From positions 13,524,655-13,588,654 of the forward strand of contig NC_134033.1 of assembly GCF_964204645.1 (NCBI RefSeq): a DNA stretch of 64,000 nt, written 5' to 3'. Of the stretch, positions 15,001-21,357 are shown in pieces (within the stretch, counting starts at the first letter, position 1; each line of letters begins with the position of its first letter). Position numbers and translations under genes: made by a program. The DNA comes from Tubulanus polymorphus. Taxonomy: Eukaryota; Animalia; Nemertea. The notes under the pieces were generated by a model. It ran no database searches, was not told the origin of the DNA, and worked only from the letters and a program-made list of their open reading frames with translations.

Positions 15001-18000
15001 GCCGATGTTGATGTGTCCACCGTGGTGGAGGTGTCAGTCGAGGACGAAGTAAACGAATCCGTTGGTGATGTCGTATCGTTACTCGCCGAGGTCGATGTGT
15101 CTACCGTAGTTGAACTGACAGTCGAGGATGTAGTCGACGAATCCGTTGGTGATGTCGTATCGGTACTTCCCGAGGTCGATGTGTCTACCGTAGTGGAGCT
15201 GACAGTCGAGGATGAAGTCGACGAATCCGTTGGTGTTGTCGTCTCGGTGCTCACCGATGTCGATGTGTCTACCGTAGTTGATGTGACAGTCGCGGACGAA
15301 GTAGACGAATCCGTTGGTGATGTCGTCTCGGTGCTCGCCGATGTTGATGTGTCCACCGTGGTGGAGGTGTCAGTCGAGGACGAAGTAAACGAATCCGTTG
15401 GTGATGTCGTCTCGGTGCTCGCCGATGTTGATGTGTCCACCGTAGTTGAGCTGACAGTCGAGGACGAAGTAGACAAATCCGTTGGTGATGTCGTCTCGGT
15501 GCTCGCCGATGTCGATGTGTCTACCGTAGTGGAGCTGACAGTCGAGGATGAAGTCGACGAATCCGTTGGTGTTGTCGACTCGGTGCTCACCGAGGTCGAT
15601 GTGTCTACCGTAGTTGATGTGTCAGTCGAGGATGAAGTAGACGAATCCGTTGGTGATGTCGTCTCGGTGCTCGCCGATGTCGATGTGTCTATCGTAGTGG
15701 AGCTGACAGTCGAGGATGTAGTCGACGAATCCGTTTGTGTTGTCGTCTTGGTGCTCACCGAGGTCCATGTGTCTACCGTAGGTGATGTGTCAGTCGAGGA
15801 TGAAGTAGACGAATCCGTTGCCGATGTCGTCTCGGTGCTCGCCGAGGTCGATGTGTCTACCGTAGTGGATGTGTCAGTCGTCGAGGACGAAGTCGACGAA
15901 ACCGTTGGTGATGTCGTCTCGGTGCTCGACGAGGTAGATGTATCTACCGTAGTTGAGCTGACAGTCGAAGGAGAAGTAGATGAAATGGTTGGTGATGTCG
16001 TTTCGGTGCTCGCCGTGGTAGATGTGTCTATCGTAGTTGAGCTGACATTCGAAGGAGAAGTAGACGAATCCGTTGGTGATGTCGTATCGGTGCTCGACGA
16101 TATCGATGTGTCTACCGTAGTGGATGTGTCAGTTGAGGACGAAGTAGACGAATCCATTGGTGATGTCGTCACGGTGCTCGCCGATGTTGATGTGTCCACC
16201 GTAGTGAAACTGGCAGTCGAGGACGAAGTTGACGAATCAGTTGTTAAGGTCGTATCGGTACTCGCCAAGTTCGATATGTCCACCGTAGTGGATGTGTCAG
16301 TCGAGGATGAAGTAGACGAATCTTTTGTGTAGGTCGTATCGGTGCTCGCCGATGTCGACGTTGTCACCGAAGTGGGGCTGGTAGTCGAGGAAGACGACGA
16401 CGAATCCGTTGGTGAGATTGCCTCGGTACTCGCCGCAGTGGATGAATCAACTGTAGTGGAACTGAGAGTCGAGGATGACGTAGACGAATCCGTTGGTGAG
16501 GTCACCTCGGTAGTCGCCGATGTGGAAGTATCAACTGTAGTGGAACTGAGAGTCGAGGATGACGTAGATGAATCCGTTGGTGAGGTCACCTTGGTAGTCA
16601 CCGATGTGGAAGTATCAACTGTACTAGAGCTCAGAGTCGAGGACGACGAAGACGAATCCGTTGGTGATGTCGTCACGGTGCTCGCCGATGTTGATGTGTC
16701 CACCGTAGTGGAACTGACAGTCGAGGACGAAGTAGACGAATCCGTGGTCAAGGTCGTATCGGTGCTCGCCGATGTCGATGTCGTCATCGAAGAGGGGCTG
16801 GTAGTCGAGGACGATGTAGACGAATCTATTGGTGATGTCGTCACGGTGCTCGCCGAGGTCGATGTGTCTACCGTAGTGGATGTGTCAGTCGAGGACGAAG
16901 TAGACGATTCCGTTGGTGATGTCGTATCTGTGCTCACCGAGGTCGATGTGTCTACCGTAGTAGAGCTGACATTCGTGGATGAAATAGACGAATCCGTTGC
17001 CGATGTCGTCTCGGTGCTCGCCGAGGTCGATGTGTCTACCGTAGTGGATGTGTCAGTCGTCGAGGACGAAGTCGACGAAACCGTTGGTGATGTCGTCTCG
17101 GTGCTCGACGAGGTAGATGTATCTACCGTAGTTGAGCTGACAGTCGAAGGAGAAGTAGAAGAATCCGTTGGTGATGTCGTCACGGTGCTCACCGTGGTCG
17201 ATGTGTCTATCGTAGTTGATGTGTCAGTCGAGGATGAAGTAGACGAGCTGACAGTCGAAGGAGAAGTAGATGAAATGGTTGGTGATGTCGTTTCGGTGCT
17301 CGCCGTGGTAGATGTGTCTATCGTGGTTGATGTGTCAGTTGAGGACGAAGTAGACGAATCCGTTAGTGATGTCGACTCGTTGCTCGACGAGGTAGATGTG
17401 TCTACCGTTGTTGAGCTGACAGTCGAGGATGGAATAGGGGAATCCGTTGGTGATGTCGTCTCGGTGCTCGCCGAGGTCGATGTGTCTACCGTAGAGCTGA
17501 CAGACGAGAATGAAATAGACGAATCTGTTGCTGATGTCGACTCGGTGCTAGCCGATGTCGATGTGTCTATCGTGGTTGATGTGTTAGTTGAGGACGAAGT
17601 AGACGAATCCGTTAGTGATGTCGACTCGGTGCTCGACGAGGTCGATGTGTCTACCGTAGTTGATTTGTCAGTTGAGGATGAAGTAGACGAATCCGTTGGT
17701 GATGTCGTCTCGGTGCTCGCCGATGTCGATGTGTCTACCGTAGAGGCGCTGACAGTCGAGGATGAAGTAGACGAATCCGTTGGTGATGTCGACTCGGTGC
17801 TCGACGAGGTAGATGTGTCTACCGTTGTTGAGCTGACAGTCGAGGACGAAATAGACGAATCCGTTGGTGATATCGTCTCGGTGCTCGCCGATGTTGATGT
17901 GTCACTCGTAGTGGACGTTTCAGTCGAGGACGAAATAGACGAAACAGTTGTTGAGGTCGTATCTGTGCTCACCGGGGTCGATGTGTCTACCGTAGTAGAG

Positions 18001-20190
18001 CTGACAGTCGTGGATGAAATAGACGAATCCGTTGCCGATGTCGTCTCGGTGCTCGCCGAGGTCGATGTGTCTACCGTAGTGGATGTGTCAGTCGTCGAGG
18101 ACGAAGTCGACGAAACCGTTGGTGATGTCGTCTCGGTGCTCGACGAGGTAGATGTATCTACCGTAGTTGAGCTGACAGTCGAAGGAGAAGTAGATGAAAT
18201 GGTTGGTGATGTCGTTTCGGTGCTCGTCGTGGTAGATGTATCTACCGTAGTTGAGCTGACATTCGAAGGAGAAGTAGAAGAATCCGTTGGTGATGTCGTA
18301 TCGGTGCTCGACGATATCGATGTGTCTACCGTAGTGGATGTGTCAGTTGAGGACGAAGTAGACGAATCCATTGGTGATGTCGTCACGGTGCTCGCCGATG
18401 TTGATGTGTCCACCGTAGTGGTACTGGCAGTCGAGGACGAAGTTGACGAATCAGTTGTTAAGGTCGTATCGGTGCTCGCCGATGTCGATGTCGTCATCGA
18501 AGAGGGGCTGGTAGTCGAGGACGATGTAGACGAATCTATTGGTGATGTCGTCACGGTGCTCGCCGAGGTCGATGTGTCTACCGTAGTGGATGTGTCAGTC
18601 GAGGACGAAGTAGACGATTCCGTTGGTGATGTCGTCTCTGTGCTCGCCGACGTCGATGTGTCTACCGTAGAGCTGACAGTCGAGGATGAAATAGACGAAT
18701 CCGTTGGTGATGTCGCCTCGGTGCTCACCGTGGTAGATGTTTTTATCGTAGTTGAGCTGACAGTCGAAGGAGAAATAGACGAAACCGTTGGTGATGTCGT
18801 CAGGGTGCTCGCCAATGTTGATGTGTCCATCGTAGCTGATGTGTCAGTCGACGATGAAGTAGACGAATCTTTTGTGTAGGTCGTATCGGTGCTCGCCGAT
18901 ATCGATGTGGTCACCGAAGTGGGGCTGGTAGTCGAGGAAGACGACGACGAATCCGTTGGTGATGTCGTCTCGGTGCTTTCCGAGGTCGATGTGTCTACCG
19001 TTGTGGATGTGTCAGTTGAGGTCGAAGTAGACGAATCCGCTGTTAAGGTCGTATCGGTGCTCGCCAATGTCGATGTGGTCACCGACGTGGGACTGGTAGT
19101 CGAGGATGATGTTGACGAATACGTTGGTGATGTCGACGAGGTGCTCGACGAGGTCGATGTGTCTACCGTTGTTGAGCTGACAGTCGTGGATGAAATAGAC
19201 GAATCCGTTGCCGATGTCGTCTCGGTGCTCGCCGAGGTCAAAGTGTCTATCGTAGTGGATGTGTCAGTTGAGGACGAAGTAGTCGAATCCGTTGGTGATG
19301 TCGTCACGGTGCTCGCCGATGTTGATGTGTCCACCGTAGTGGAACTGGCAGTCGAGGACGAAGTTGACGAATCAGTTGTTAAGGTCGTATCGGTACTCGC
19401 CAAGGTCGATATGTCCACCGTAGTGGAGGTGTCAGTCGAGGACGAAGTAGACGAATCCGTTGTTGAGGTCGTCTCTGTGCTCGCCGACGTCGATGTGTCT
19501 ACCGTAGAGCTGACAGTCGAGGACGAAATAGACGAATCCGTTGGTGATGTTGTCTCGGTGCTCACCGTGGTAGATGTTTCTATCGTAGTTGAGCTGACAG
19601 TCGATGGAGAAGTAGACGAATCCGTTGGTGATGTCGTCACGGTGCTCGCCAATGTTGATGTGTCCATCGTAGCTGATGTGTCAGTCGAGGATGAAGTAGA
19701 CGAATCTTTTGTGTAGGTCGTATCGGTGCTCGCCGATGTCGACGTGGTCACCGAAGTGGGGCTGGTAGTCGAGGAAGACGACGACGAATCCGTTGGTGAG
19801 ATTGCCTCGCTACTCGCCGCAGTGGATGAATCAACTGTAGTGGAACTGAGAGTCGAGGATGACGTAGACAAATCCGTTGGTGAGGTCACCTCGGTAGTCG
19901 CCGATGTGGAAGTATCAACTGTAGTGGAACTGAGAGTCGAGGATGACGTAGACGAATCCGTTGGTGATGTCACCTCGGTACTAGCCGAAGTGGAAGTATC
20001 AACTGAAGTGGAGCTGAGAATCGAGGATGATGTAGACGAATCCGTTGATGTAATCTCCTTTGTACTCGCCGAGGTTGATATGTCTGTAGAGCTGACAGTT
20101 GAGGGTGACGAATCCGTTTTTGAAGTCGTCTCGGAGTTCACCGAAGTTGATGATTTTACCGTTGAGGAGCTGACAGATGTGGATATATCA
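1..20190. repeat. Coding tandem array, 84-bp unit (variants of 81 and 87 bp), ~240 copies, with higher-order block duplications
   Basis: Unit ~gtggagctgacagtcgaggatgaagtagacgaatccgttggtgatgtcgtctcggtgctcgccgaggtcgatgtgtctaccgta recurs at 84-bp spacing (e.g. 1, 85, 169). Indels seen are multiples of 3. Confidence 0.97.
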
Positions 20191-20306
20191 GTCGTGGATT
20201 CGTTTAACATTTGCACTCTGGATGCGTTCAGGCAGCATGCTATCCATATCACTAGCAATGTCACACTTAAGTTCTTATTGGTTTTTACGTAGTTATTCAT
20301 ACCCAT
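1..20306 (-). CDS. Giant secreted Ser/Thr/Asp-rich mucin-like tandem-repeat protein (5' part; at least 6,768 aa, C-terminus outside window)
   Basis: Reverse complement from ATG 20306 reads MGMNNYVKTNKNLSVTLLVIWIACCLNASRVQMLNESTTDISTSVSSSTVKSSTSVNSETTSKTDSSPS (basic n-region plus hydrophobic h-region, i.e. a signal peptide), then the 28-aa unit ~TTVDTSTSASTETTSPTDSSTSSSTVSS (about 75% S+T). All six + shadow ORFs start in one frame (7, 727, 9868, 16342, 18889, 19726), so there is no frameshift over 20 kb. The + strand stops read as Tyr in the minus frame, and spot-checked positions showed no minus-frame stop. Probably absent from the ORF track because no stop occurs before base 1. Confidence 0.9.
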   Translation of the reverse strand, partial: MGMNNYVKTNKNLSVTLLVIWIACCLNASRVQMLNESTTDISTSVSSSTVKSSTSVNSETTSKTDSSPSTVSSTDISTSASTKEITSTDSSTSSSILSSTSVDTSTSASTEVTSPTDSSTSSSTLSSTTVDTSTSATTEVTSPTDLSTSSSTLSSTTVDSSTAASSEAISPTDSSSSSSTTSPTSVTTSTSASTDTTYTKDSSTSSSTDTSATMDTSTLASTVTTSPTDSSTSPSTVSSTTIETSTTVSTETTSPTDSSISSSTVSSTVDTSTSASTETTSTTDSSTSSSTDTSTTVDISTLASTDTTLTTDSSTSSSTASSTTVDTSTSASTVTTSPTDSTTSSSTDTSTTIDTLTSASTETTSATDSSISSTTVSSTTVDTSTSSSTSSTSPTYSSTSSSTTSPTSVTTSTLASTDTTLTADSSTSTSTDTSTTVDTSTSESTETTSPTDSSSSSSTTSPTSVTTSISASTDTTYTKDSSTSSSTDTSATMDTSTLASTLTTSPTVSSISPSTVSSTTIKTSTTVSTEATSPTDSSISSSTVSSTVDTSTSASTETTSPTESSTSSSTDTSTTVDTSTSASTVTTSPIDSSTSSSTTSPSSMTTSTSASTDTTLTTDSSTSSSTASTTTVDTSTSASTVTTSPMDSSTSSSTDTSTTVDTSISSSTDTTSPTDSSTSPSNVSSTTVDTSTTTSTETTSPTISSTSPSTVSSTTVDTSTSSSTETTSPTVSSTSSSTTDTSTTVDTSTSASTETTSATDSSISSTTVSSTTVDTSTPVSTDTTSTTVSSISSSTETSTTSDTSTSASTETISPTDSSISSSTVSSTTVDTSTSSSTESTSPTDSSTSSSTVSASTVDTSTSASTETTSPTDSSTSSSTDKSTTVDTSTSSSTESTSLTDSSTSSSTNTSTTIDTSTSASTESTSATDSSISFSSVSSTVDTSTSASTETTSPTDSPIPSSTVSSTTVDTSTSSSNESTSLTDSSTSSSTDTSTTIDTSTTASTETTSPTISSTSPSTVSSSTSSSTDTSTTIDTSTTVSTVTTSPTDSSTSPSTVSSTTVDTSTSSSTETTSPTVSSTSSSTTDTSTTVDTSTSASTETTSATDSSISSTNVSSTTVDTSTSVSTDTTSPTESSTSSSTDTSTTVDTSTSASTVTTSPIDSSTSSSTTSPSSMTTSTSASTDTTLTTDSSTSSSTVSSTTVDTSTSASTVTTSPTDSSSSSSTLSSSTVDTSTSVTTKVTSPTDSSTSSSTLSSTTVDTSTSATTEVTSPTDSSTSSSTLSSTTVDSSTAASTEAISPTDSSSSSSTTSPTSVTTSTSASTDTTYTKDSSTSSSTDTSTTVDISNLASTDTTLTTDSSTSSSTASFTTVDTSTSASTVTTSPMDSSTSSSTDTSTTVDTSISSSTDTTSPTDSSTSPSNVSSTTIDTSTTASTETTSPTISSTSPSTVSSTTVDTSTSSSTETTSPTVSSTSSSTTDTSTTVDTSTSASTETTSATDSSTSSSTDTSPTVDTWTSVSTKTTTQTDSSTTSSTVSSTTIDTSTSASTETTSPTDSSTSSSTDTSTTVDTSTSVSTESTTPTDSSTSSSTVSSTTVDTSTSASTETTSPTDLSTSSSTVSSTTVDTSTSASTETTSPTDSFTSSSTDTSTTVDTSTSASTETTSPTDSSTSSATVTSTTVDTSTSVSTETTTPTDSSTSSSTVSSTTVDTSTSGSTDTTSPTDSSTTSSTVSSTTVDTSTSASNDTTSPTDSFTSSSTDTSTTVDTSTSASTETTSPTDSSTSSSTDTSTTVDTSTSASTETTTPTDSSTSSSIDTSTTVDTSTSVSTETTSPTDSSTSSSTVTSTTVDTSTSVSTETTTPTDSSTSSSTVSSTTVDTSTSASTDTTSPTDSSTTSSTVSSTTVDTSTSASTDTTSPTDSSTSSSTDTSTTVDTSTSVSTETTTPTDSSTSSSTVTSTTVDTSTSVSTETTSPTDSSTSSSTDTSTTVDTSTSASTDTTSPTDSFTSSTTDTSTTVDTSTSSSIETTSATDSSTSSPTVSSTAVDTSSSASTDTTSTTDSSTSSSTVSSTTVDTSTSASTDTTSPTDSSTSSSTVSSTTVDTSTSVSTDTTSTTDLSTSSSTVSSTTVDTSTSSSTETISPTDSSTSSSTDTSTTVDTSTSASTETTSPTDSSTSSSTDTSTTVDISNLASTDTTLTTDSSTSSSTASFTTVDTSTSASTVTTSPMDSSTPSSTDTSTTVDTSISSSTDTTSPTDSSTSPSTVSSTTVDTSTSSSTETTSPTVSSTSSSTTDTSTTVDTSTSASTETTSATDSSTSSSTDTSPTVDTWTSVSTKTTTQTDSSTTSSTVSSTTVDTSTLASSETTSPTDSSTSSSTVSSTTIDTSTSASTETTSPTDSSTSSSTDTSTTVDTSTSVSTESTTPTDSSTSSSTVSSTTVDTSTSASTETTSPTDLSTSSSTVSSTTVDTSTSASTETTSPTDSFTSSSTDTSTTVDTSTSASTETTSPTDSSTSSATVTSTTVDTSTSVSTETTTPTDSSTSSSTVSSTTVDTLTSGSTDTTSPTDSSTTSSTVSSTTVDTSTSASTDTTSPTDSFTSSSTDTSTTVDTSTSASTETTSPTDSSTSSSTDTSTTVDTSTSASTDTTSPTDSSSSSSTDTSTTIDTSTTVSTETTTPTDSSTSSSIDTSTTVDTSTSVSTETTSPTDSSTSSSTVTSTTVDTSTSVSTETTTPTDSSTSSSTVSSTTVDTSTSASTDTTSPTDSSTTSSTVSSTTVDTSTSASTDTTSPTDSSTSSSTDTSTTVDISTSVSTETTTPTDSSTSSSTVTSTTVDTSTSVSSETTSPTDSSTSSSTDTSTTVDTSTSASTNTTSPTDSFTSSTTDTSTTVDTSTSSSIETTSATDSSTSSPTVSSTAVDTSSSASTDTTSTTDSSTSSSTVSSTTVDTSTSASTDTTSPTDSSTSSSTVSSTTVDTSTSVSTDTTSTTDLSTSSSTVSSTTVDTSTSSSTETISPTDSSTSSSTDTSTTVDTSTSASTETTSPTDSSTSSSTDTFTTVDTSTSVSTDTTSSTDLSTLSSTVSSTTVDTSTSSSTETTSPTDSSTSSSTETSTTVDKSTSTSTETTSPTDSSTSSSTDTSTTVDTSTSVSTDTTSSTDLSTLSSTVSSTTVDTSTSSSTETTSPTDSSTSSSTETSTTVDKSTSTSTETTSPTDSSTSSSTDTSTTVDTSTSASTDTTLTTDSSTSSSTDTSTTIDTSTSVSTDMTSPTDSSTSSSTDTSTTVDTSTSASIETTSPTDSSTSSSTDTSTTVDTSTSASTVTTSPTDSSTSSSTVSSTTVDTSTSASTDTTSPTDSSISSSTVSSTKVDTSTSASTETTSPTDSSTSSSTVSSTTVDTSTSASTDTTSPTDSSTSSSTDTSTTVDTSTSVSTDTTSPTDSSTSSSTVSSTTVDTSTSVSTETTSPTDSSTSSSTDTSTTVDTSTSASTDTTSPTDSSTSSSTYTSTSIDTSTSLSTETTTPTDSSTSSSTVSSTTVDTSTSASTDTTLTTDLSTTSSTVSSTSVDISTSSSTVTTSPTDSSTSSSTDTSTTVDTSTSVSTETTSPTDSSTSSSTDTSTTVDISSSASTDTTSPTDSSTSSTTDTSNTVDTSTSSSIETTSATDSSTSSPTVSSTAVDTSSSASTDTTSPTDSSTSSSTDTSTTIDTSTSVSTETTKPTDSSTSSSTVSSTTVDTSTSASTDTTLTTDLSTSSSTVSSTSVDTSTSSSTVTTSPTDTSTSSSSDTSTTVDTSTSVSTETTSPTDSSTSSTTDTTTTVDTSTSSSIETTSATDSSTSSPTVSSTAVDTSSSASTDTTSPTDSSTSSSTDTSTTVDTSTSVSTDTTSPTDSSTASSTVSSTTVDTASSASTDTTSPTDSSTSSSTDTSTTIDTSTSVSTETTTPTDSSTSSSTVSSTTVDTSTSASTVTTLTTDLSTTSSTFSSTSVDTSTSSSTVTTSPTDSSTSSSTDTSTTVDTSTSVSTETTSPTDSSTSSSTDTSTTVDTSSSASTDTTSTTDSSTSSSTVSSTTVDTSTSASTDTTSLTDSSTSISTVSSTTVDTSTSVSTDTTLTTDLSTTSSTVSSTSVDTSTSSSTVTTSPTDSSTSSSTDTSTTVDTSTSVSTETTSPTDSSTSSSTDTSTTVDTSTSASTDTTSPTDSSTSSTTDTSTTVDTSTSSSIETTSATDSSTSSPTVSSTAVDTSSSASTDTTSTTDSSTSSSTDTSTTVDTSTSASSDTTSPTDSSTSSSTVSSTTVDTSTSVSTDTTSTTDLSTSSSTVSSTTVDTSTSSSTETISPTDSSTSSSTDTSTTVDTSTSASTETTSPTDSSTSSSTDTFTTVDTSTSVSTDTTSSTDLSTSSSTVSSTTVDTSTSSSTETTSPTDSSTSSSTETSTTVDKSTSTSTDTTSPTDSSTSSTTDTSTTVDTSTSVSTETTSPTDSSTSSSTVSSTTVDTSTSVSTETTSPTDSSTSSSTDTSTTVDTSTSASTDTTLTTDLSTTSSTVSSTSVDISTSSSTVTTSPTDSTTSSSTEKSTTVDTPSSSTETTSPMDSSTSSSTDISTTIDTLTSASTETTSATDSSISSTTVSSTTVDTSTLSSTSSTSPTYSSTSSSTTSPTSVTTSTLASTDRTLTTDSSTSTSTDTSTTVDTSTSAITETTSPMDSSTSSSTISSTTVDTSTSSSAESTSLTDSSTSSSTDTSTTIDTSTSASTESTSATDSSISSSSVSSTVDTSTSASTETTSPTDSSISSSTVSSTTVDTSTSSSNESTSPTDSTTSSSTDTSTTVDTSTSSSTESTSPTDSTTSSSTDTSTTVDTSSSSTETTSPIDSSTSSSTDTSTTIDTLTSASSETTSATDSSISSTTVSSTTVDTSTSSSTESKSPTYSSTSSSTTSPTSVTTSTLASTDTTLTTDSSTSSSTDTSTTVDTSTSASTVTTSPTDSSTSPSTVSSTMIETSTTVSTEATSPTDSSISSSTVSSTVDTSTSASTETTSPTESSTSSSTDTSTTVDTSTSASTVTTSLIDSSTSSSTTSPSSMTTSTSASTDTTLTTDSSTSSSTVSSTTVDTSTSASTVTTSPTDSSTSPSTVSSTTVDTSTSSSTETTSPTVSSTSSSTTDTSTTVDTSTSASTETTSATDSSISSTTASSTTVDTSTPVSTDTTSTTVSSISSSTDTSTTRDTSTSASTETTSPTGSSILSSTVSSTTVDTSTSSSTESTSPTDSTTSSSTDTSTTVDTSTSSSTESTSLTDSSTSSSTDISTTIDTSTSASTETTSPTISSTSPSTLSSTTVDKSTSSSTETTSPTVSTTSSSTDTSTTVDTSTSSSTESTSLTDSSTSSSTDTSTTIDTSTSASTESTSATDSSISSSSVSSTVDTSTSASTETTSPTDSSISSSTVSSTTVDTSTSSSNESTSPTDSTTSSSTDTSTTVDTSTSSSTESTSPTDSTTSSSTDTSTTVDTSSSSTETTSPIDSSTSSSTDTSTTVDTSTSASTETTSATDSSTSSSTDTSPTVDTSTSVSTKTTTQTDSSTTSSTVSSTTVDTSTLASTETTSPTDSSTSSSTVSSTTIDTSTSASTETTSPTDSSTSSSTDTSTTVDTSTSVSTESTTPTDSSTSSSTVSSTTVDTSTSASTETTSTTDLSTSSSTVSSTTVDTSTSASTETTSPTESSTSSSTDTSTTVDTSTSASTVTTSLIDSSTSSSTTSPSSMTTSTSASTDTTLTTDSSTSSSTVSSTTVDTSTSASTVTTSPTDSSSSSSTLSSSTVDTSTSATTEVTSPTDSSTSSSTLSSTTVDSSTAASTEDISPTDSSSSSSTTSPTSVTTSTSASTDTTNTKDSSTSSSTDTSTTVNTSTLASTVTTSPTDSSTSFSTDTSTTVDTSTLASTVTISPTDSSTSPSTVSSTTIETSTTVSTETTSPTDSSISSSTVSSTVDTSTSASTETTLTTDSSISSSTDTSTTVDISTLASSDTTLTTDSSTSSSTASSTTVDISTSASTVTTSPMDSSTSSATDTSTTVDTSISSSTDTTSPTDSSTSPSTVSSTTVDTSTSSSTETTSPTVSSTSSSTTDTSTTVDTSTSASTETTSATDSSISSTTASSTTVDTSTPVSTDTTSTTVSSISSSTDTSTTRDTSTSASTETTSPTGSSISSSTVSSTTVDTSTSSSTESTSPTDSTTSSSTDTSTTVDTSTSSSTESTSLTDSSTSSSTDTSTTIDTSTSASTKTTSPTISSTSPSTVSSTTVDTSTSVSTDTTSSTDLSTSSSTETSTTVDTSTSASTDTTLTTDSSTSSSTEPSTTIDTSTSVSTETTSPTDSSTSSSTDTSTTVDTSTSVSIETTSPTDSSTSSSTVSSTTVDTSTSASTETTSPTDSSTSSSTDTSTTVDTSTSVSTETTTPKDSSTSSSTVSSTTVDTSTSASTDTTSPTDSSTSSSTDTSTTVDTSTSVSTDTTSPTDSSTSSSTVSSTTVDTSTSVSTETTSPTDSSTSSSTDTSTTVDTSTSASTDTTSPTDSSTSSSTYTSTSIDTSTSVSTETTTPTDSSTSSSTVSSTTVDTSTSASTDTTLTTDLSTTSSTVSSTSVDISTSSSTVTTSPTDSSTSSSTDTSTTVDTSTSVSFETTSPTDSSTSSSTDTSTTVDTSTSASTDTTSPTDSSTSSSTDTSTSIDTSTSVSAETTTPTDSSTSSSTVSSTTVDTSTSVSTETTSPTDSSISSSTDTSTAVDTSTSASTDTTSATDSSTSSSTDTS

Positions 20307-20371
20307 TGTGTTCACAAATTTGATAAGGTGTGCCTTAATTCTTTTTTTATTCCTTTTTACTCAATACATCT

Positions 20372-20722
20372 CTGAGAATGATGCAAACGTCTCCATTCTT
20401 CCGATCTTTGTAAAATTGTAACTTGTAATTTTCCACAAAAATCGTTCTTCAAATAAACCTGGCGATTATGGTTCGATTATTTTTCTTATATTTTCAAAAA
20501 TATGAAATAATTGTTTGACCAGTAGTTTCACATTGTTATACTCAGTAAATCATTTTCTTACCTGACCATTGGATTGTTTGTATTTTCGATTGTCTCTAAA
20601 CTACAATCTGTGGAAACTGTTGAGTTATCCTTCACGTAAAATGAATATTCTGACCTTTAATTGAATTTTGGTTAATGATTATTCCTCGGTGTGATGTCCC
20701 AGGACGAAGTTTTAGTATATAA
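20372..20722 (-). promoter_or_regulatory. Putative 5'UTR intron (20372-20561) and TATA-like box (~20716-20722) of the mucin-like gene
   Basis: Minus-strand donor CAG|GTAAGA at 20561, acceptor TTCTCAG|A at 20372, and TATATA about 155 bp upstream of the donor. Confidence 0.45.
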
Positions 20723-21357
20723 TTCGACGCGCCTTTAATAAGCTACGAACTATGTATGGGAGATTTACGCGGGTTTCGTTGACATAGTTGTTTAAAAAAA
20801 ATATGGGTGTAACCCATAATTACTGAACCGTGTAGTAGTAAAAAACTGATTTACTTTTATTCTTCATATTATAACGAACATTAGCGGCAATGTTAAATAT
20901 GTGTTACGTGCCTTTGAACAAATACTATCCGGTTTTTTGGGCGTATACCGGTATTTTGTCAATGAACCTCACATTGTAACGTTTAACATTGTAAGAGTTA
21001 TTCATATATTTAGGTATATATGTAGGTACGTATGTTAGCGTCGTACATCCACAAAATTCTGATTTCCAATGTCGATTTCCGACATCCATCCACATTAAAC
21101 GTTTTAATTGCTTGCACACAAATACTTAAACAGTAAAAGGCACACGACGGAGGGAAATAGTTACACAGTTTCCGTGTTTCCACGCATCGAGTGCGTCTGG
21201 CTTCGATGAATGATGATGCTCACAGAATCAAAAAAACAGGAATCAATGGTTTGAAAAACAATACTATTTTTATTGTTTCAATTTGCATTTTTGTGTCCTC
21301 TCCATTAACGATACAACAATATACAACACGTATAAATTCTAAGAAAAATCGTATGTT

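Noticed and set aside
1-20190. CRISPR array or non-coding satellite interpretation of the 84-bp repeat
   Set aside because: No unique spacers and no cas genes, in a eukaryotic context. Triplet-only indels indicate coding constraint.
7-20292. Huge + strand V/D/E/S-rich ORFs (225, 3032, 2154, 845, 275 and 188 aa)
   Set aside because: Antisense shadow of the Ser/Thr codons of the minus-strand gene. They start at GTG, have no signal peptide, and are broken by stops that were copied along with block duplications, while the minus frame stays open and has a proper ATG and signal peptide.
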